Shown: piece by piece, positions 9,278-17,719 of the stretch
Layout of the letters: the number at the start of each line of letters is the position of its first letter
Position numbering within the stretch: the first letter of the stretch is position 1
Origin: a virus
Lineage: Duplodnaviria; Heunggongvirae; Uroviricota; Caudoviricetes
IMG/VR virus record: IMGVR_UViG_643348547_000006
DNA: 23,542 nucleotides
Strand: one strand, 5' to 3'
Notes under the pieces: model-generated
Seen by the model: only the letters and a program-made list of their open reading frames with translations
Told to the model about the DNA's origin: nothing
Database searches by the model: none
Position numbers and translations under genes: made by a program

Positions 9278-9879
9278 GGATTCACTCTCATTGTGTCAAT
9301 AACATGGACCGCCCCGCCTTCATGCGCGGTGCCACCGGAAATAATCGTTTCGTTGATATACGGATAGATCGTGATTTCTTCGCCAAGATAGCTGGCGGCT
9401 CCCACCCAATGCGGGCCGCTGGTCTGCAGATTGATGGACATGCCGATCATGTGGCGGCTACATGGTTTGGCATCGCTTATCAGTCGCTCAAGTTCCAGAT
9501 AGGTATCTTCAGTGATGCCCTGGTCCTGCACGCCGATATCCAGGCGAAACGTGCCCGGTGTTTCTCCGGTCTGCCACCACTCAATAATGCGGATCAGGAA
9601 TCCGAACGGCTCCACCACCCGCCGCACGGCACTGGTGGTCCCTTTATGCTGATGAATATAAAAAGCATCCTTCACCACCTGGCGCTTGACGCTTTCTGTC
9701 CAGCCCTCGTCCCAGCGATCCACAGAGAACGCCCAGGCGAGATAAGGCAGGAAACTGACCGGACAGGTTGCCGGATTCCACAAATCACGAAGCGGCACCT
9801 GCAGATCAGAAATCCCGCTGCAGGTTTGCGCCAGTCGGCACTCCAGTGGTGTTGAACCCGGTGGCAGCAGACTATTCAT
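9274..9879 (-). CDS. I: Baseplate protein gpI
   Basis: 201-aa ORF; ATG 9877-9879 with GGAGG upstream; overlaps the H start (ATGA); position between J and H matches P2. Confidence 0.8.
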   Translation of the reverse strand: MNSLLPPGSTPLECRLAQTCSGISDLQVPLRDLWNPATCPVSFLPYLAWAFSVDRWDEGWTESVKRQVVKDAFYIHQHKGTTSAVRRVVEPFGFLIRIIEWWQTGETPGTFRLDIGVQDQGITEDTYLELERLISDAKPCSRHMIGMSINLQTSGPHWVGAASYLGEEITIYPYINETIISGGTAHEGGAVHVIDTMRVNP

Positions 9880-10780
9880 CCGTTCCTCCGTTGGTTACGC
9901 TCCACTGCGTACATGATGCCGCCTGTGTTTTGTTCAGGACCACATCCGCCAGAGGAGAAGCCAGCTCCACACGCTGCACCCCCTCAACATGCAGGGCGGC
10001 AAAGATGGCGCTACGGCGAATATCCCGACCAAGACGCGTCTGACTGGCGATGTACTTCTGCAGGCTGGCTTTTGCCGCTGCCATTACCGGCTCTGCTTCC
10101 GGTCCAGGATAGAGAAAAATGGTGGCTTCCACGCGATACGGGATGATTTCTGCGCTGCGAACCGTAAGACGGTCAGCCACCGGGCGGACGTTCTCACTGT
10201 TCAGAGCTTTTTCCACCACGTCCAGCAGGTCTTTTTCTGCAGTTCCATCGCCTTCGCGGCTAAGGACAGTCAGCACCACCTCTGCAGGTGCCGGGCTGGT
10301 TGCACTGGCATCCGCCACCCGACCGTCGGCGCTTCGGGCATGAAATTCATAAGCTGCAGTTGGCCCCGCAACAGAAAGCCCTTCAAAGGCTGCAGGCACA
10401 CGCAGGCGCAACGCTTCATCGCTTTCCATCACAGCTGCAACGGGCGGCACAGCATCATTATCAGCAGGCGTCACCGTCAGGCGTGTCACGTTGTAGTTGG
10501 CAGCGAGCTGGTCAAGATCGCCGCCCATCGCGTAAGCCACCATCACCGCCTGCGCGGCTTCGTTAATGCGCTGGCGCAGAAGCAACTCACGGTAAGCGTT
10601 CTCCTGCAACAATTTAGTGGCGGGTTCAGATTCCAGTTCCAGCGTGCGGATCACTGCTTCCTGCTCATCTTTCGGATGAAGCGCCACAAATTCTGCCTTG
10701 CGTTCGGCAAGCAGCGTCTCAAAGTCCGGCACATCCACAATCTGCGGTGCAGGCAACTGCGAAAGGTCAATCACTGCCAT
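9872..10780 (-). CDS. J: Baseplate protein gpJ
   Basis: Start set at the internal ATG (MAVIDLSQLPAP, 10778-10780) with AGGAG 6 nt upstream; N-terminus resembles P2 J. Confidence 0.85.
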   Translation of the reverse strand: MAVIDLSQLPAPQIVDVPDFETLLAERKAEFVALHPKDEQEAVIRTLELESEPATKLLQENAYRELLLRQRINEAAQAVMVAYAMGGDLDQLAANYNVTRLTVTPADNDAVPPVAAVMESDEALRLRVPAAFEGLSVAGPTAAYEFHARSADGRVADASATSPAPAEVVLTVLSREGDGTAEKDLLDVVEKALNSENVRPVADRLTVRSAEIIPYRVEATIFLYPGPEAEPVMAAAKASLQKYIASQTRLGRDIRRSAIFAALHVEGVQRVELASPLADVVLNKTQAASCTQWSVTNGGTDE

Positions 10781-11126
10781 TCTCTGCTCCTGTTGATACG
10801 GAAAGGGACACAGGCACACCGTTATTCCGCCGCCCGGTCAGCTCCACCACCATTGAACCGTCAAAATTGCTGTTGATGGTGATGGAATCCAGCGTCAACC
10901 GTGGCTCCCAGCGACTCAGCGCCACATACACTGCCGACATGACCTGCAGGCGTAATGCCGGATTTTGTGGCTGATCTATCAGTGCCGACAGCAGGGAACC
11001 ATATTCCCGGCGGGCAATACGGCTACCCTGCGGTGTCAGCAGAATGTCCCGCACCGACTGGCGCAGATGATCAATATCAGTAATGACTTTGCCGCTGGTA
11101 TTGTTCATCCCGCTATAAAGCGTCAT
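10767..11126 (-). CDS. W: Baseplate protein gpW
   Basis: 119-aa ORF between V and J; ATG 11124-11126 overlaps the V stop. Confidence 0.8.
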   Translation of the reverse strand: MTLYSGMNNTSGKVITDIDHLRQSVRDILLTPQGSRIARREYGSLLSALIDQPQNPALRLQVMSAVYVALSRWEPRLTLDSITINSNFDGSMVVELTGRRNNGVPVSLSVSTGAENGSD

Positions 11127-11701
11127 ACCGGGCCTCCGGTTGTATCGCCGCCTTTCAGGACGCCAGTATGCTGATGCGCATCAACCACGATCCCGTTAGA
11201 ACTCATCGCTCCGCCGCCCTGGGTAACGCCACCATTGATCACCACTTCGCTGTTAATGCGCGTGCGGTCAGCCTCCAGTACAAACTCACTGGTTTTCATG
11301 GTGATGTTGTCAGCAGCCTCAATGACCATTGATTTGATGCCCCTGACATACCAGCGCCCGGTGGCGGGTTCGTATTCAAACCAGCCACCGTCAGGATGTT
11401 CTGTCACGCAGGCGTCCGCCGACGTCGACGGTGGTGCGAACTGATTCGAATAGACAGCGGGCAGCGCAAAGGCGGTTTCCAGATTGCCGCCCAGACTCAG
11501 CAGCACCACCTGCTCACCTTCCGATGGTCGCCACCATGTACGGGCATTCCCGGCACGCAGCGTCAGCCAGCTGATCCAGTTGGTTTCAAGCTCGCCCGTT
11601 TTCACCCGGCAAAGCCAGTTTTCCCTGTCCACTTCGGTGACTACCCCTGTGCGGATCAGGTTGGTGATAAGGCGCATGATTTCGGTTAATTGTGCGTTCA
11701 T
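11123..11701 (-). CDS. V: Baseplate spike/hub protein gpV
   Basis: 192-aa ORF; strong resemblance to recalled P2 V (N-terminal IRTG..TE.D, C-terminal HxH...GGxTxGP). Confidence 0.85.
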   Translation of the reverse strand: MNAQLTEIMRLITNLIRTGVVTEVDRENWLCRVKTGELETNWISWLTLRAGNARTWWRPSEGEQVVLLSLGGNLETAFALPAVYSNQFAPPSTSADACVTEHPDGGWFEYEPATGRWYVRGIKSMVIEAADNITMKTSEFVLEADRTRINSEVVINGGVTQGGGAMSSNGIVVDAHQHTGVLKGGDTTGGPV

Positions 11702-11746
11702 AGGGAAAGGTTGCCATCAGGGGAAGAAAGGCGGCAGTGCTGCAAC

Positions 11747-11766
11747 TTGTATCAGTGCTGATACAA
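11747..11766 (-). promoter_or_regulatory. Palindrome TTGTATCAG-TG-CTGATACAA in the S-V intergenic region (candidate Ogr site or hairpin)
   Basis: Perfect 9-bp inverted repeat with 2-nt spacer at 11747-11766; also fits TTGT-N12-ACAA; centred 55 bp upstream of the V ATG. Confidence 0.35.
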
Positions 11767-11769
11767 AGA

Positions 11770-12216
11770 TCACCCCGCCAGCCATTGCAGAATCATGTCG
11801 CGGGTCATTGCCTCAACATCATCATTTACACCCAGAAGGCGACGCTCTGCGTAACGCACCTCCGGTCCCTTACGACTGACGCGATCTCGCAGGCCGTAAT
11901 GGTGAACGCGGGCAATGCGCTGCACCTTGCCTTCAAACTGCACGCTGGCAGAGTCGGCGCTGGCGGAAGTTTTCAGGTATTTTGTGGTGCGCAGCTTTGC
12001 AAACATCTGACGTTTGATACGGCCTTTTTTACTGCGTGCTGTTACCCGTCGCGGTTCATAACTGCTGCCATCTGGATTGCGCTGCATTCTGATATTTTGC
12101 TGCTGTGTCCGGCGTAGTTCCTGCGCCAGCTGGCGCATCATGCGGCTTCTTGCGGCTGGCTCCAGATTCGCCAGCAAGGCACTCAGCCAGTCGTCCACTT
12201 TCTGCAGTTCAGCCAC
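11770..12216 (-). CDS. S: Tail completion protein gpS
   Basis: 148-aa ORF (AELQKVDDWLSALLANLEP...) resembling P2 S; the ORF's first codon is GTG (12214-12216); exact start uncertain. Confidence 0.75.
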   Translation of the reverse strand: MAELQKVDDWLSALLANLEPAARSRMMRQLAQELRRTQQQNIRMQRNPDGSSYEPRRVTARSKKGRIKRQMFAKLRTTKYLKTSASADSASVQFEGKVQRIARVHHYGLRDRVSRKGPEVRYAERRLLGVNDDVEAMTRDMILQWLAG

Positions 12217-12640
12217 GTTTCACCGTCCACATTTCTTCAGGTTCATCAGGTTCCGCTATAGCTTCAACGCTCGACACACTGCCGTCAGTGCTGACCAGCA
12301 CACGCTCCGTCAGTTGCAGGTTGAGGCTGATATCACAGACATCGTTGCGCAGAATATCCACCTCAAAGGTGAATAGCTTTTCCCGTAACGCCGGGTTATT
12401 GATGGCATCGGGCTGGTTATCACGCAGCCACAGCAAAACCGGGGCCATCAGCAGATTCTGGTCGCCGCTGAAATCCTCAATCACCACGTTCAGGGTGTAG
12501 CGGTACTCCCATGACATGGAGCTGGCCCCCGTGGCAACCAGCGAACCGTTATCCACAAACAGATGCAGTTTGTCCGGGTTATTGCGGACATAAGGCACCG
12601 CTTTATTGAGGGCGTGGCGCAGGGATTGTGGTTTGTTCAC
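12209..12640 (-). CDS. R: Tail completion protein gpR
   Basis: ORF 12209..12661 begins with TTG; a GTG at 12638-12640 preceded by AGGAG 8 nt upstream gives an N-terminus (M)NKPQSLRHAL similar to P2 R (MLKPDSLRRAL). Confidence 0.7.
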   Translation of the reverse strand: MNKPQSLRHALNKAVPYVRNNPDKLHLFVDNGSLVATGASSMSWEYRYTLNVVIEDFSGDQNLLMAPVLLWLRDNQPDAINNPALREKLFTFEVDILRNDVCDISLNLQLTERVLVSTDGSVSSVEAIAEPDEPEEMWTVKRG

Positions 12641-12893
12641 TGTTTCGCTCCTGACACGCAATAATCATGTCCACTTTGTCTGCACAGACCGCCCAGGCGG
12701 CCTCCGTTTCATCCAGCAACGCATTCAGATCACCGTTAGTGCGCGGTGCTGCCTGCTCCAGCCGACACGGCGTCACTCGCGGACAACCACTGACGGTAAG
12801 CTGCACCTCCGGTGAGTGCCGGACGTTCCCGCAGCCGGATAATGTCAGCAGGCAAAGGAGTATCAGCCCAGTGGCGTAAATCCTCGTTCTCAC
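12603..12893 (-). CDS. lysC: Outer-membrane spanin lipoprotein (LysC/Rz1-like)
   Basis: 96-aa ORF with a signal peptide and lipobox (LLCLLTLSGC) and a Pro-rich C-terminus; starts inside lysB in another frame and extends into R, as P2 lysC does; GTG start with GAGGA upstream. Confidence 0.7.
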   Translation of the reverse strand: MRTRIYATGLILLCLLTLSGCGNVRHSPEVQLTVSGCPRVTPCRLEQAAPRTNGDLNALLDETEAAWAVCADKVDMIIACQERNSEQTTIPAPRPQ

Positions 12894-13164
12894 GTTTCAG
12901 TTCCTCGATCCGGCGTTGTCGTTGTCTCAGCTGTGCGCTGGTCTGTTCTGCTTCGGCATAGAGCCGCGCCTGCTCCCGGTTATTGGTTTCAGTCAGAATG
13001 GACAGGCTGATAAGCTGGCTGTTGCTCTTTGCCAGTGCCTGGCTTTTGCTCTGCAGCTCGTTTGCCTGCGTGCTGATGGTCTGGCTGGCATCAGCCAGCC
13101 GCCACGTCTGCCAGCCCAGCGCCGCTAGTAATAACGCCAGCACAACCAGCAGCAACCGGTTCAT
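12736..13164 (-). CDS. lysB: Inner-membrane spanin (LysB/Rz-like)
   Basis: 142-aa ORF with an N-terminal transmembrane segment (LLLVVLALLLAALGW) followed by a charged coiled-coil-like region; ATG 13162-13164. Confidence 0.75.
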   Translation of the reverse strand: MNRLLLVVLALLLAALGWQTWRLADASQTISTQANELQSKSQALAKSNSQLISLSILTETNNREQARLYAEAEQTSAQLRQRQRRIEELKRENEDLRHWADTPLPADIIRLRERPALTGGAAYRQWLSASDAVSAGAGSTAH

Positions 13165-13538
13165 GCTGCTACCTGTTGCGCCATCTGATTACGGGTGATC
13201 CAGAAGGCAATAACGGTCAGTAGATAAAAGACCAGGGTAATAGCCCACCCCGTCCATGCGAGACTTACAACAATCAGCAATCGCATCACCCAACTGATAA
13301 ATACGTTTTCTTTTCGGGTAATTGTCTTCAGCAAAGATGCCCTTAACTCCTGCCAGAGCGGGCCATTCTGAATTAACGCAGCCAGTGCTACCGGAATTAC
13401 CGCCCATGTCAGCAAACAGGCTACCCAAACGCCGGACGCTGCCAGTACCGGAAAGATCCCCTGCGGATACACCATTGCTGCGATTAACAGCGCCATCCAT
13501 AACATCAGAAACAGTCCGCTGATTAATTTCTTTTTCAT
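13161..13538 (-). CDS. lysA: LysA-like multi-pass membrane lysis-timing protein
   Basis: ORF 13161..13610 begins with GTG; the ATG at 13536-13538 (MKKKLISGLF...) with GGGAG upstream gives a 125-aa protein with 3-4 hydrophobic segments. Start choice uncertain. Confidence 0.6.
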   Translation of the reverse strand: MKKKLISGLFLMLWMALLIAAMVYPQGIFPVLAASGVWVACLLTWAVIPVALAALIQNGPLWQELRASLLKTITRKENVFISWVMRLLIVVSLAWTGWAITLVFYLLTVIAFWITRNQMAQQVAA

Positions 13539-13539
13539 T

Positions 13540-14052
13540 TCAGTTTGCTCCCTGTAAACACCAGGCCATCTCCCGCGCACGGCGGTTATCCAGCCCCTGA
13601 TTAAACACACCTTTTACATAAACCCAGCGCGGCAACTGTCGGCACGCATCCGCCCAGCGCCGCTGATTGAGCAATTTCACCAGCGTGGAGCTGCAGGCAT
13701 TGCCTGTCCCCACGTTGAAGGCAAACGACACCACCGAGTCATACACCTTTTGTGGCGGCTGTTGCTTCACACATCTTTCCAGCGCCCGCTCCACACGCAG
13801 CACGTTGGAGATAAGCCCTTCTGCTGCCTGTCGTTCCGTAATGGTTTTGCCGGGAATGACGCCCGACGTATTACCAATGCCGTCAGTCCATACACCCGCG
13901 CTGCACTGATAGGGCTGCAGACGACAGCCTTCGTAATCGGCAATCAGTTTCAGTCCCTCCACGGAGGTGTGAAGCTGCTGAAAACCCGGCAGCGTGGCAG
14001 CAATAGCCAGCACGGTCCCGACAAGGCAGCGTTTAACGATTGATGGATTCAT
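13540..14052 (-). CDS. K: SAR-endolysin-type lysozyme (GH24, P1 Lyz-like)
   Basis: 170 aa; N-terminal hydrophobic signal-anchor-release-like segment containing a Cys (KRCLVGTVLAIAATLPG), then EGCRLQPYQCSAGVWTDGIGNT, which closely matches the P1 Lyz active-site region as I recall it; ATG with GGGAGG upstream. Confidence 0.8.
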   Translation of the reverse strand: MNPSIVKRCLVGTVLAIAATLPGFQQLHTSVEGLKLIADYEGCRLQPYQCSAGVWTDGIGNTSGVIPGKTITERQAAEGLISNVLRVERALERCVKQQPPQKVYDSVVSFAFNVGTGNACSSTLVKLLNQRRWADACRQLPRWVYVKGVFNQGLDNRRAREMAWCLQGAN

Positions 14053-14248
14053 AGTCCTCCCGCGAGATCTGCCCGTCGCGCAGAAGCTGGTAGGCTTTGT
14101 GTTTGTAGTACCAGTTGATAGCCAGCATCAGCACACCAATCATCAGGCCGCCCAGCGTTGAGGCATCCTTGATGGACAAATCGCCCAGCCAGACCAGCAC
14201 AACGGCGATGCAGTACGTGATAAAGGCGCTGATTCGCTCAAGCGTCAT
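14033..14248 (-). CDS. Y: Holin (class II / pinholin-like, two transmembrane segments)
   Basis: 71 aa with two hydrophobic segments and a charged C-terminus; sits immediately upstream of the endolysin and overlaps it by 20 nt. Confidence 0.65.
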   Translation of the reverse strand: MTLERISAFITYCIAVVLVWLGDLSIKDASTLGGLMIGVLMLAINWYYKHKAYQLLRDGQISREDYESINR

Positions 14249-14251
14249 AAT

Positions 14252-14455
14252 TCAGTCCCATAGCTGGACGGTCTGCACGGTGGTGGTTGTCGGAATGTCC
14301 GGCAGCTCCACCTGCAGCCCGTGAGGTAAAAAGGGGCCATATTCGGCAAGCCCCGGATTTGCCTTCAGTACCTGCTCCGTGACACCCTGCGTGCGCCCGT
14401 AATGACGCCAGCAAAGCGCGTCCACCGTGTCATACTGATGCGCACGCACTTTCAT
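14252..14455 (-). CDS. X: Tail protein gpX
   Basis: 67-aa ORF, same size and position as P2 X; ATG overlaps the L stop (ATGA). Confidence 0.7.
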   Translation of the reverse strand: MKVRAHQYDTVDALCWRHYGRTQGVTEQVLKANPGLAEYGPFLPHGLQVELPDIPTTTTVQTVQLWD

Positions 14456-14919
14456 CAGATAAGCTCCACTGTGCAGTGCGGCGCGTCCTGTACCCGGCTG
14501 ATGGCCCAGCGGGCGTCACGCCATAAATCACCGCTGGCTTCCGCCAGTTCCTCGCCCCGCTTCACACCGGATGCCGTGGCGTCATAGTCCTGGTAACGTT
14601 CGTTGAGCATGGCGCGTGCCCAGCAGTAAACCGCGTTGAAATAGTGCTGAATGCGCTCACTTTTGCCGTCCAGCTGTTCCGCCGGAACCTCTGCCAGCGA
14701 GGCATACCCCAGCATCTGCTGGCATCTGCGAAACTCATACAGCTCTGCGTTGACCTCCGAAATTGCCGACAGCGCAACCTGCTTTAAACGCGGCTGCGTC
14801 ACCGTACCGTCAGTGCGCATCACACTGCGGAACTCCGACAGATCCACATCAGGCCAGAACGGCGTATTCCTGATGATTTCCGCCTGTTCCGGTGCCTGTT
14901 CTGGCGCAACAAACTTCAT
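14455..14919 (-). CDS. L: Head completion/stabilisation protein gpL
   Basis: ORF 14455..14982 begins with GTG; the ATG at 14917-14919 (MKFVAPEQ...) has AGGAGA 8 nt upstream. Internal region (IRNTPFWPDVD..., ELWRD.RWA) resembles P2 L. Confidence 0.8.
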   Translation of the reverse strand: MKFVAPEQAPEQAEIIRNTPFWPDVDLSEFRSVMRTDGTVTQPRLKQVALSAISEVNAELYEFRRCQQMLGYASLAEVPAEQLDGKSERIQHYFNAVYCWARAMLNERYQDYDATASGVKRGEELAEASGDLWRDARWAISRVQDAPHCTVELI

Positions 14920-15014
14920 GCTGCTTTCTCCTGAGATAGAGGGCGGTGGACGGGGTTTTGATGTGGCAGTGCCTTTCGCCACCCCGTGCCGCCCGTGCGC
15001 GGGGGCACGTTCTG

Positions 15015-15665
15015 TCAGCGGCTGTCATTGCGCAGTCTGCGCTCCAGCTGCTGTTTGTCTTTTTTCACGCCACAGCGGGGATCGAGCTGTAACGCATGGT
15101 TGAGATGATTAAGGGCGGAAGCCGGATTACTTTCACTCAGGACAGCGCCAATCGCTTTATGCAGACGCGCCCGTGACTGGTCCGGCATGTCCAGACCGTC
15201 TGTCAGCTCCAGCGTCTGCAGCAACAGATCGACATCAAAGCCGGTAGTGGCAAGCATTGCGCTCTGTGCCGCGTCTGCCATTTCCTCTGCCAGCACGGTT
15301 TGCACATTGCGGTTACCCAGCGGCATCACCCAGCCATGACGCAGGGCATGACGCCCGATCTCCAGCGCCCCGGCATAATCTCCGGCATCAATGCGCCACA
15401 GCATCACGTACATCAGCACGTCATCCTGTTGAGCGCCTCCGGCAGCCAGAACACCCTCTGCCCAGGCGGCGTATTTCGGCAGCAGCTCCACCTTGATTTC
15501 CGCTTTTTTGACCGTGGACTGAACGCCCTTGAGACGGCGGCGATCTTCCGCCAGTTGCAGCAGCATCAGGTCATAGCCCGACGCGTGGCGAACGCTGCCG
15601 CCCTCACGGGCGGCCTGTTCAGCCTGAACGCGCAGGCGATGCTGCCGTGCGGGACTCAGGCTCAT
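15015..15665 (-). CDS. M: Terminase small (endonuclease) subunit gpM
   Basis: 216 aa; N-terminal and central similarity to recalled P2 M (QDD.LM.VMLWR.D.GD.AGALEI...); ATG 15663-15665. Confidence 0.8.
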   Translation of the reverse strand: MSLSPARQHRLRVQAEQAAREGGSVRHASGYDLMLLQLAEDRRRLKGVQSTVKKAEIKVELLPKYAAWAEGVLAAGGAQQDDVLMYVMLWRIDAGDYAGALEIGRHALRHGWVMPLGNRNVQTVLAEEMADAAQSAMLATTGFDVDLLLQTLELTDGLDMPDQSRARLHKAIGAVLSESNPASALNHLNHALQLDPRCGVKKDKQQLERRLRNDSR

Positions 15666-15668
15666 GAA

Positions 15669-16727
15669 TTACGCTCCGGTTTCTGCTGCGGCGGCGCTAA
15701 AATCGCCAATCTGGATGTTTTCCACCAGTGCAGCGCAGCGGTAGTCCTCAACCACATAGGCTTCGTTAACGGATTCAAAGTTTTCAATCCGGTCACGTTT
15801 CGGGTTGTCGATAACTGAACGGCGGCGGGTGTCTTCCTGCCAGTAAATGGACAGGTTATCCAGACGGGTGATCAGCAGTGCATTCGGCGGGAAGAACGGC
15901 GCACGCACGGCCTGCAGGCCACCCATGCGTTTCTGACTGATGATCATATCGGCAGCCAGTTTTTCACTGTTTTCCTGCTCTTTGTTGACCAGCGGGAAAT
16001 ACTTGTCAGACAGCAGTTCACGACCGCAAATCACCACCAGATCGTCATCGTCCTGGTAGACCACGTCGATAAGCTCATTGACGGCATCCATCACCACAGC
16101 GTCCAGGTTGGCATATTCGCCACCTTTACCGACTTTCACCGCGCCCGGTGTGGTTTCACCGCCCGTGGTGGTGCTGCCCATAACGTGATCCGGTGCATCC
16201 TCACGGATTTTCTGCAGCCAGCCTTTGTTCACATCCTGCAGCAGCGGGTTTTCACTACGGTTGGAGGTTTTCGCACGCTTCACGCCGTTAAAGCCGATCA
16301 TGATGCGGTCCAGTGCCTGACGTTTCACGATGGCGTCACGGATACGCACCTGGAAATCCTGAAACTTCGCCCACAGGTCCAGCTTCGCGTAGGTCAGTAC
16401 CGTGTCAAAGTTGGTCTGCTCGCATTTATATTCCACATCGACCATCAGCGTCGGATCGACAGGTTCACGCTCTTTCGCGGTGGTATCAGTGGTTCCGGCA
16501 ATGGTGCTGCCAACTCCCAACCCCAGCAGCTGACCGGACTGCTCAGTCACTGGCGTGACGTTAATCAGCGTCAGGAAAGCGGCGGACTGCTGGATCTGGT
16601 CTTCCAATGTCTGCTGCACGGACGGCTCTACGGTGAACTTGCTGGACAGTTCTTCAACTGCCACACCGTTCAGACGCGCCAGTTGCTGCAGATAAGCGTT
16701 AAAAGCAAAGCGGGTATTCTTCTTCAT
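15669..16727 (-). CDS. N: Major capsid protein gpN
   Basis: 352-aa ORF between O and M; ATG 16725-16727; size and position match P2 N. Confidence 0.9.
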   Translation of the reverse strand: MKKNTRFAFNAYLQQLARLNGVAVEELSSKFTVEPSVQQTLEDQIQQSAAFLTLINVTPVTEQSGQLLGLGVGSTIAGTTDTTAKEREPVDPTLMVDVEYKCEQTNFDTVLTYAKLDLWAKFQDFQVRIRDAIVKRQALDRIMIGFNGVKRAKTSNRSENPLLQDVNKGWLQKIREDAPDHVMGSTTTGGETTPGAVKVGKGGEYANLDAVVMDAVNELIDVVYQDDDDLVVICGRELLSDKYFPLVNKEQENSEKLAADMIISQKRMGGLQAVRAPFFPPNALLITRLDNLSIYWQEDTRRRSVIDNPKRDRIENFESVNEAYVVEDYRCAALVENIQIGDFSAAAAETGA

Positions 16728-16743
16728 CAGGTTTTGTGCTCCA

Positions 16744-17577
16744 TCAGCAATTGGTCAGAGTGTCAGCGGGGGCGTTACCGCCTGTTGCACGCTGGCGGTA
16801 GTCCTGGCGGCTGTCTTCATGGCTCAGCTTGTCCACCAGTTCGTTAAAGGCGGTCTGCTGTGCCTGCAGGGCAGTCTCCAGCTCAGACAGGCGTTCTTCC
16901 TGCTCAGACAGGGATTTTTCGGTGCGCGCACTCAGGTTCTGCTGCTCAGTGGCGACCAGTTCCACGGCCTTATGCACATCAGAGAACCGGGCGTCATCGG
17001 ACTGCTCTTTTTTGGTGAACAGCGCCGTGACACGGGCAAACAGGGACGGTTTGTCATCCTGGATTTCTTCCAGTTCGATCACCGTTTCCTCTGCAGCGGT
17101 AAAAAGATTGGCGGGATTCTGCTTGCGGTTTGCCAGCGGGTTATGGGCTGCACTGGCGCTGAATGTCAGCATTTCAGTGCCCAGACTGGCAGGGTCATCA
17201 GTGGCAGCCAGGCCGACCAGGTAGGCTTTGCCCGTATCAGCGAACTTCGGGCTAACTTCCATAGATGTGAATAATTTCTGGCCTTTTTTCACCAGTTCCA
17301 CCAGGGACTCCGTTGGCTCAACGTCGGCATACAGCGCCATCTTGCCTGCCAGCGGACCTTCCTTGATTTCTTCAGCAAACAGCGCCGTCACCTTGCCGTA
17401 GCGGTTAAAGGTGCTGTCCGGCAGATAAGACTTGATGTGCTCAAGGTTAATCAGCGCGGTATACACCGCCGGGTTGTAGCTGGCTGCCATCTGTTCCAGC
17501 CATTCACGCTGGATTTCGCGTCCGTCGGTGGTGGCACCTTCCACCCCGATGCGAAAACGCTTTGCTTTCACTGTCAT
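16744..17577 (-). CDS. O: Capsid scaffolding protein gpO
   Basis: 277 aa; close to recalled P2 O (FRIGVEG...DGR.I......YNP.VY...INLEH...YLVGLA.TDDPASLGTE...ATGG..AD.L.NC). Confidence 0.85.
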   Translation of the reverse strand: MTVKAKRFRIGVEGATTDGREIQREWLEQMAASYNPAVYTALINLEHIKSYLPDSTFNRYGKVTALFAEEIKEGPLAGKMALYADVEPTESLVELVKKGQKLFTSMEVSPKFADTGKAYLVGLAATDDPASLGTEMLTFSASAAHNPLANRKQNPANLFTAAEETVIELEEIQDDKPSLFARVTALFTKKEQSDDARFSDVHKAVELVATEQQNLSARTEKSLSEQEERLSELETALQAQQTAFNELVDKLSHEDSRQDYRQRATGGNAPADTLTNC

Positions 17578-17654
17578 GAGCCGTGCTCCGTTAGAAAAAA
17601 CTTACTGGAGCCTTATGGTTGCGGTGATGGGGGCAGTGAAACAATGCGCGGTAT

Positions 17655-17674
17655 TTGTACCGACAACCACACAA
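17655..17674. promoter_or_regulatory. Candidate Ogr-binding dyad (TTGT-N12-ACAA) in the divergent P/O promoter region
   Basis: ttgtaccgacaaccacacaa at 17655-17674, centred about 87 bp upstream of the O ATG and 55 bp upstream of the P ATG. Confidence 0.45.
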
Positions 17675-17719
17675 ACCGCAGGCGGGGAAAGCCTTCATTC
17701 AAGGTTGTAGGTTTGTGCC

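Noticed and set aside
17676-17691. Motif gcaggcggggaaagcc resembling my recollection of the P2 cohesive end (GGCGAGGCGGGGAAAGCAC)
   Set aside because: It lies in the P/O promoter region, not where cos belongs (beyond Q), and my recall of the cos sequence is not reliable enough; probably coincidental or a promoter element.
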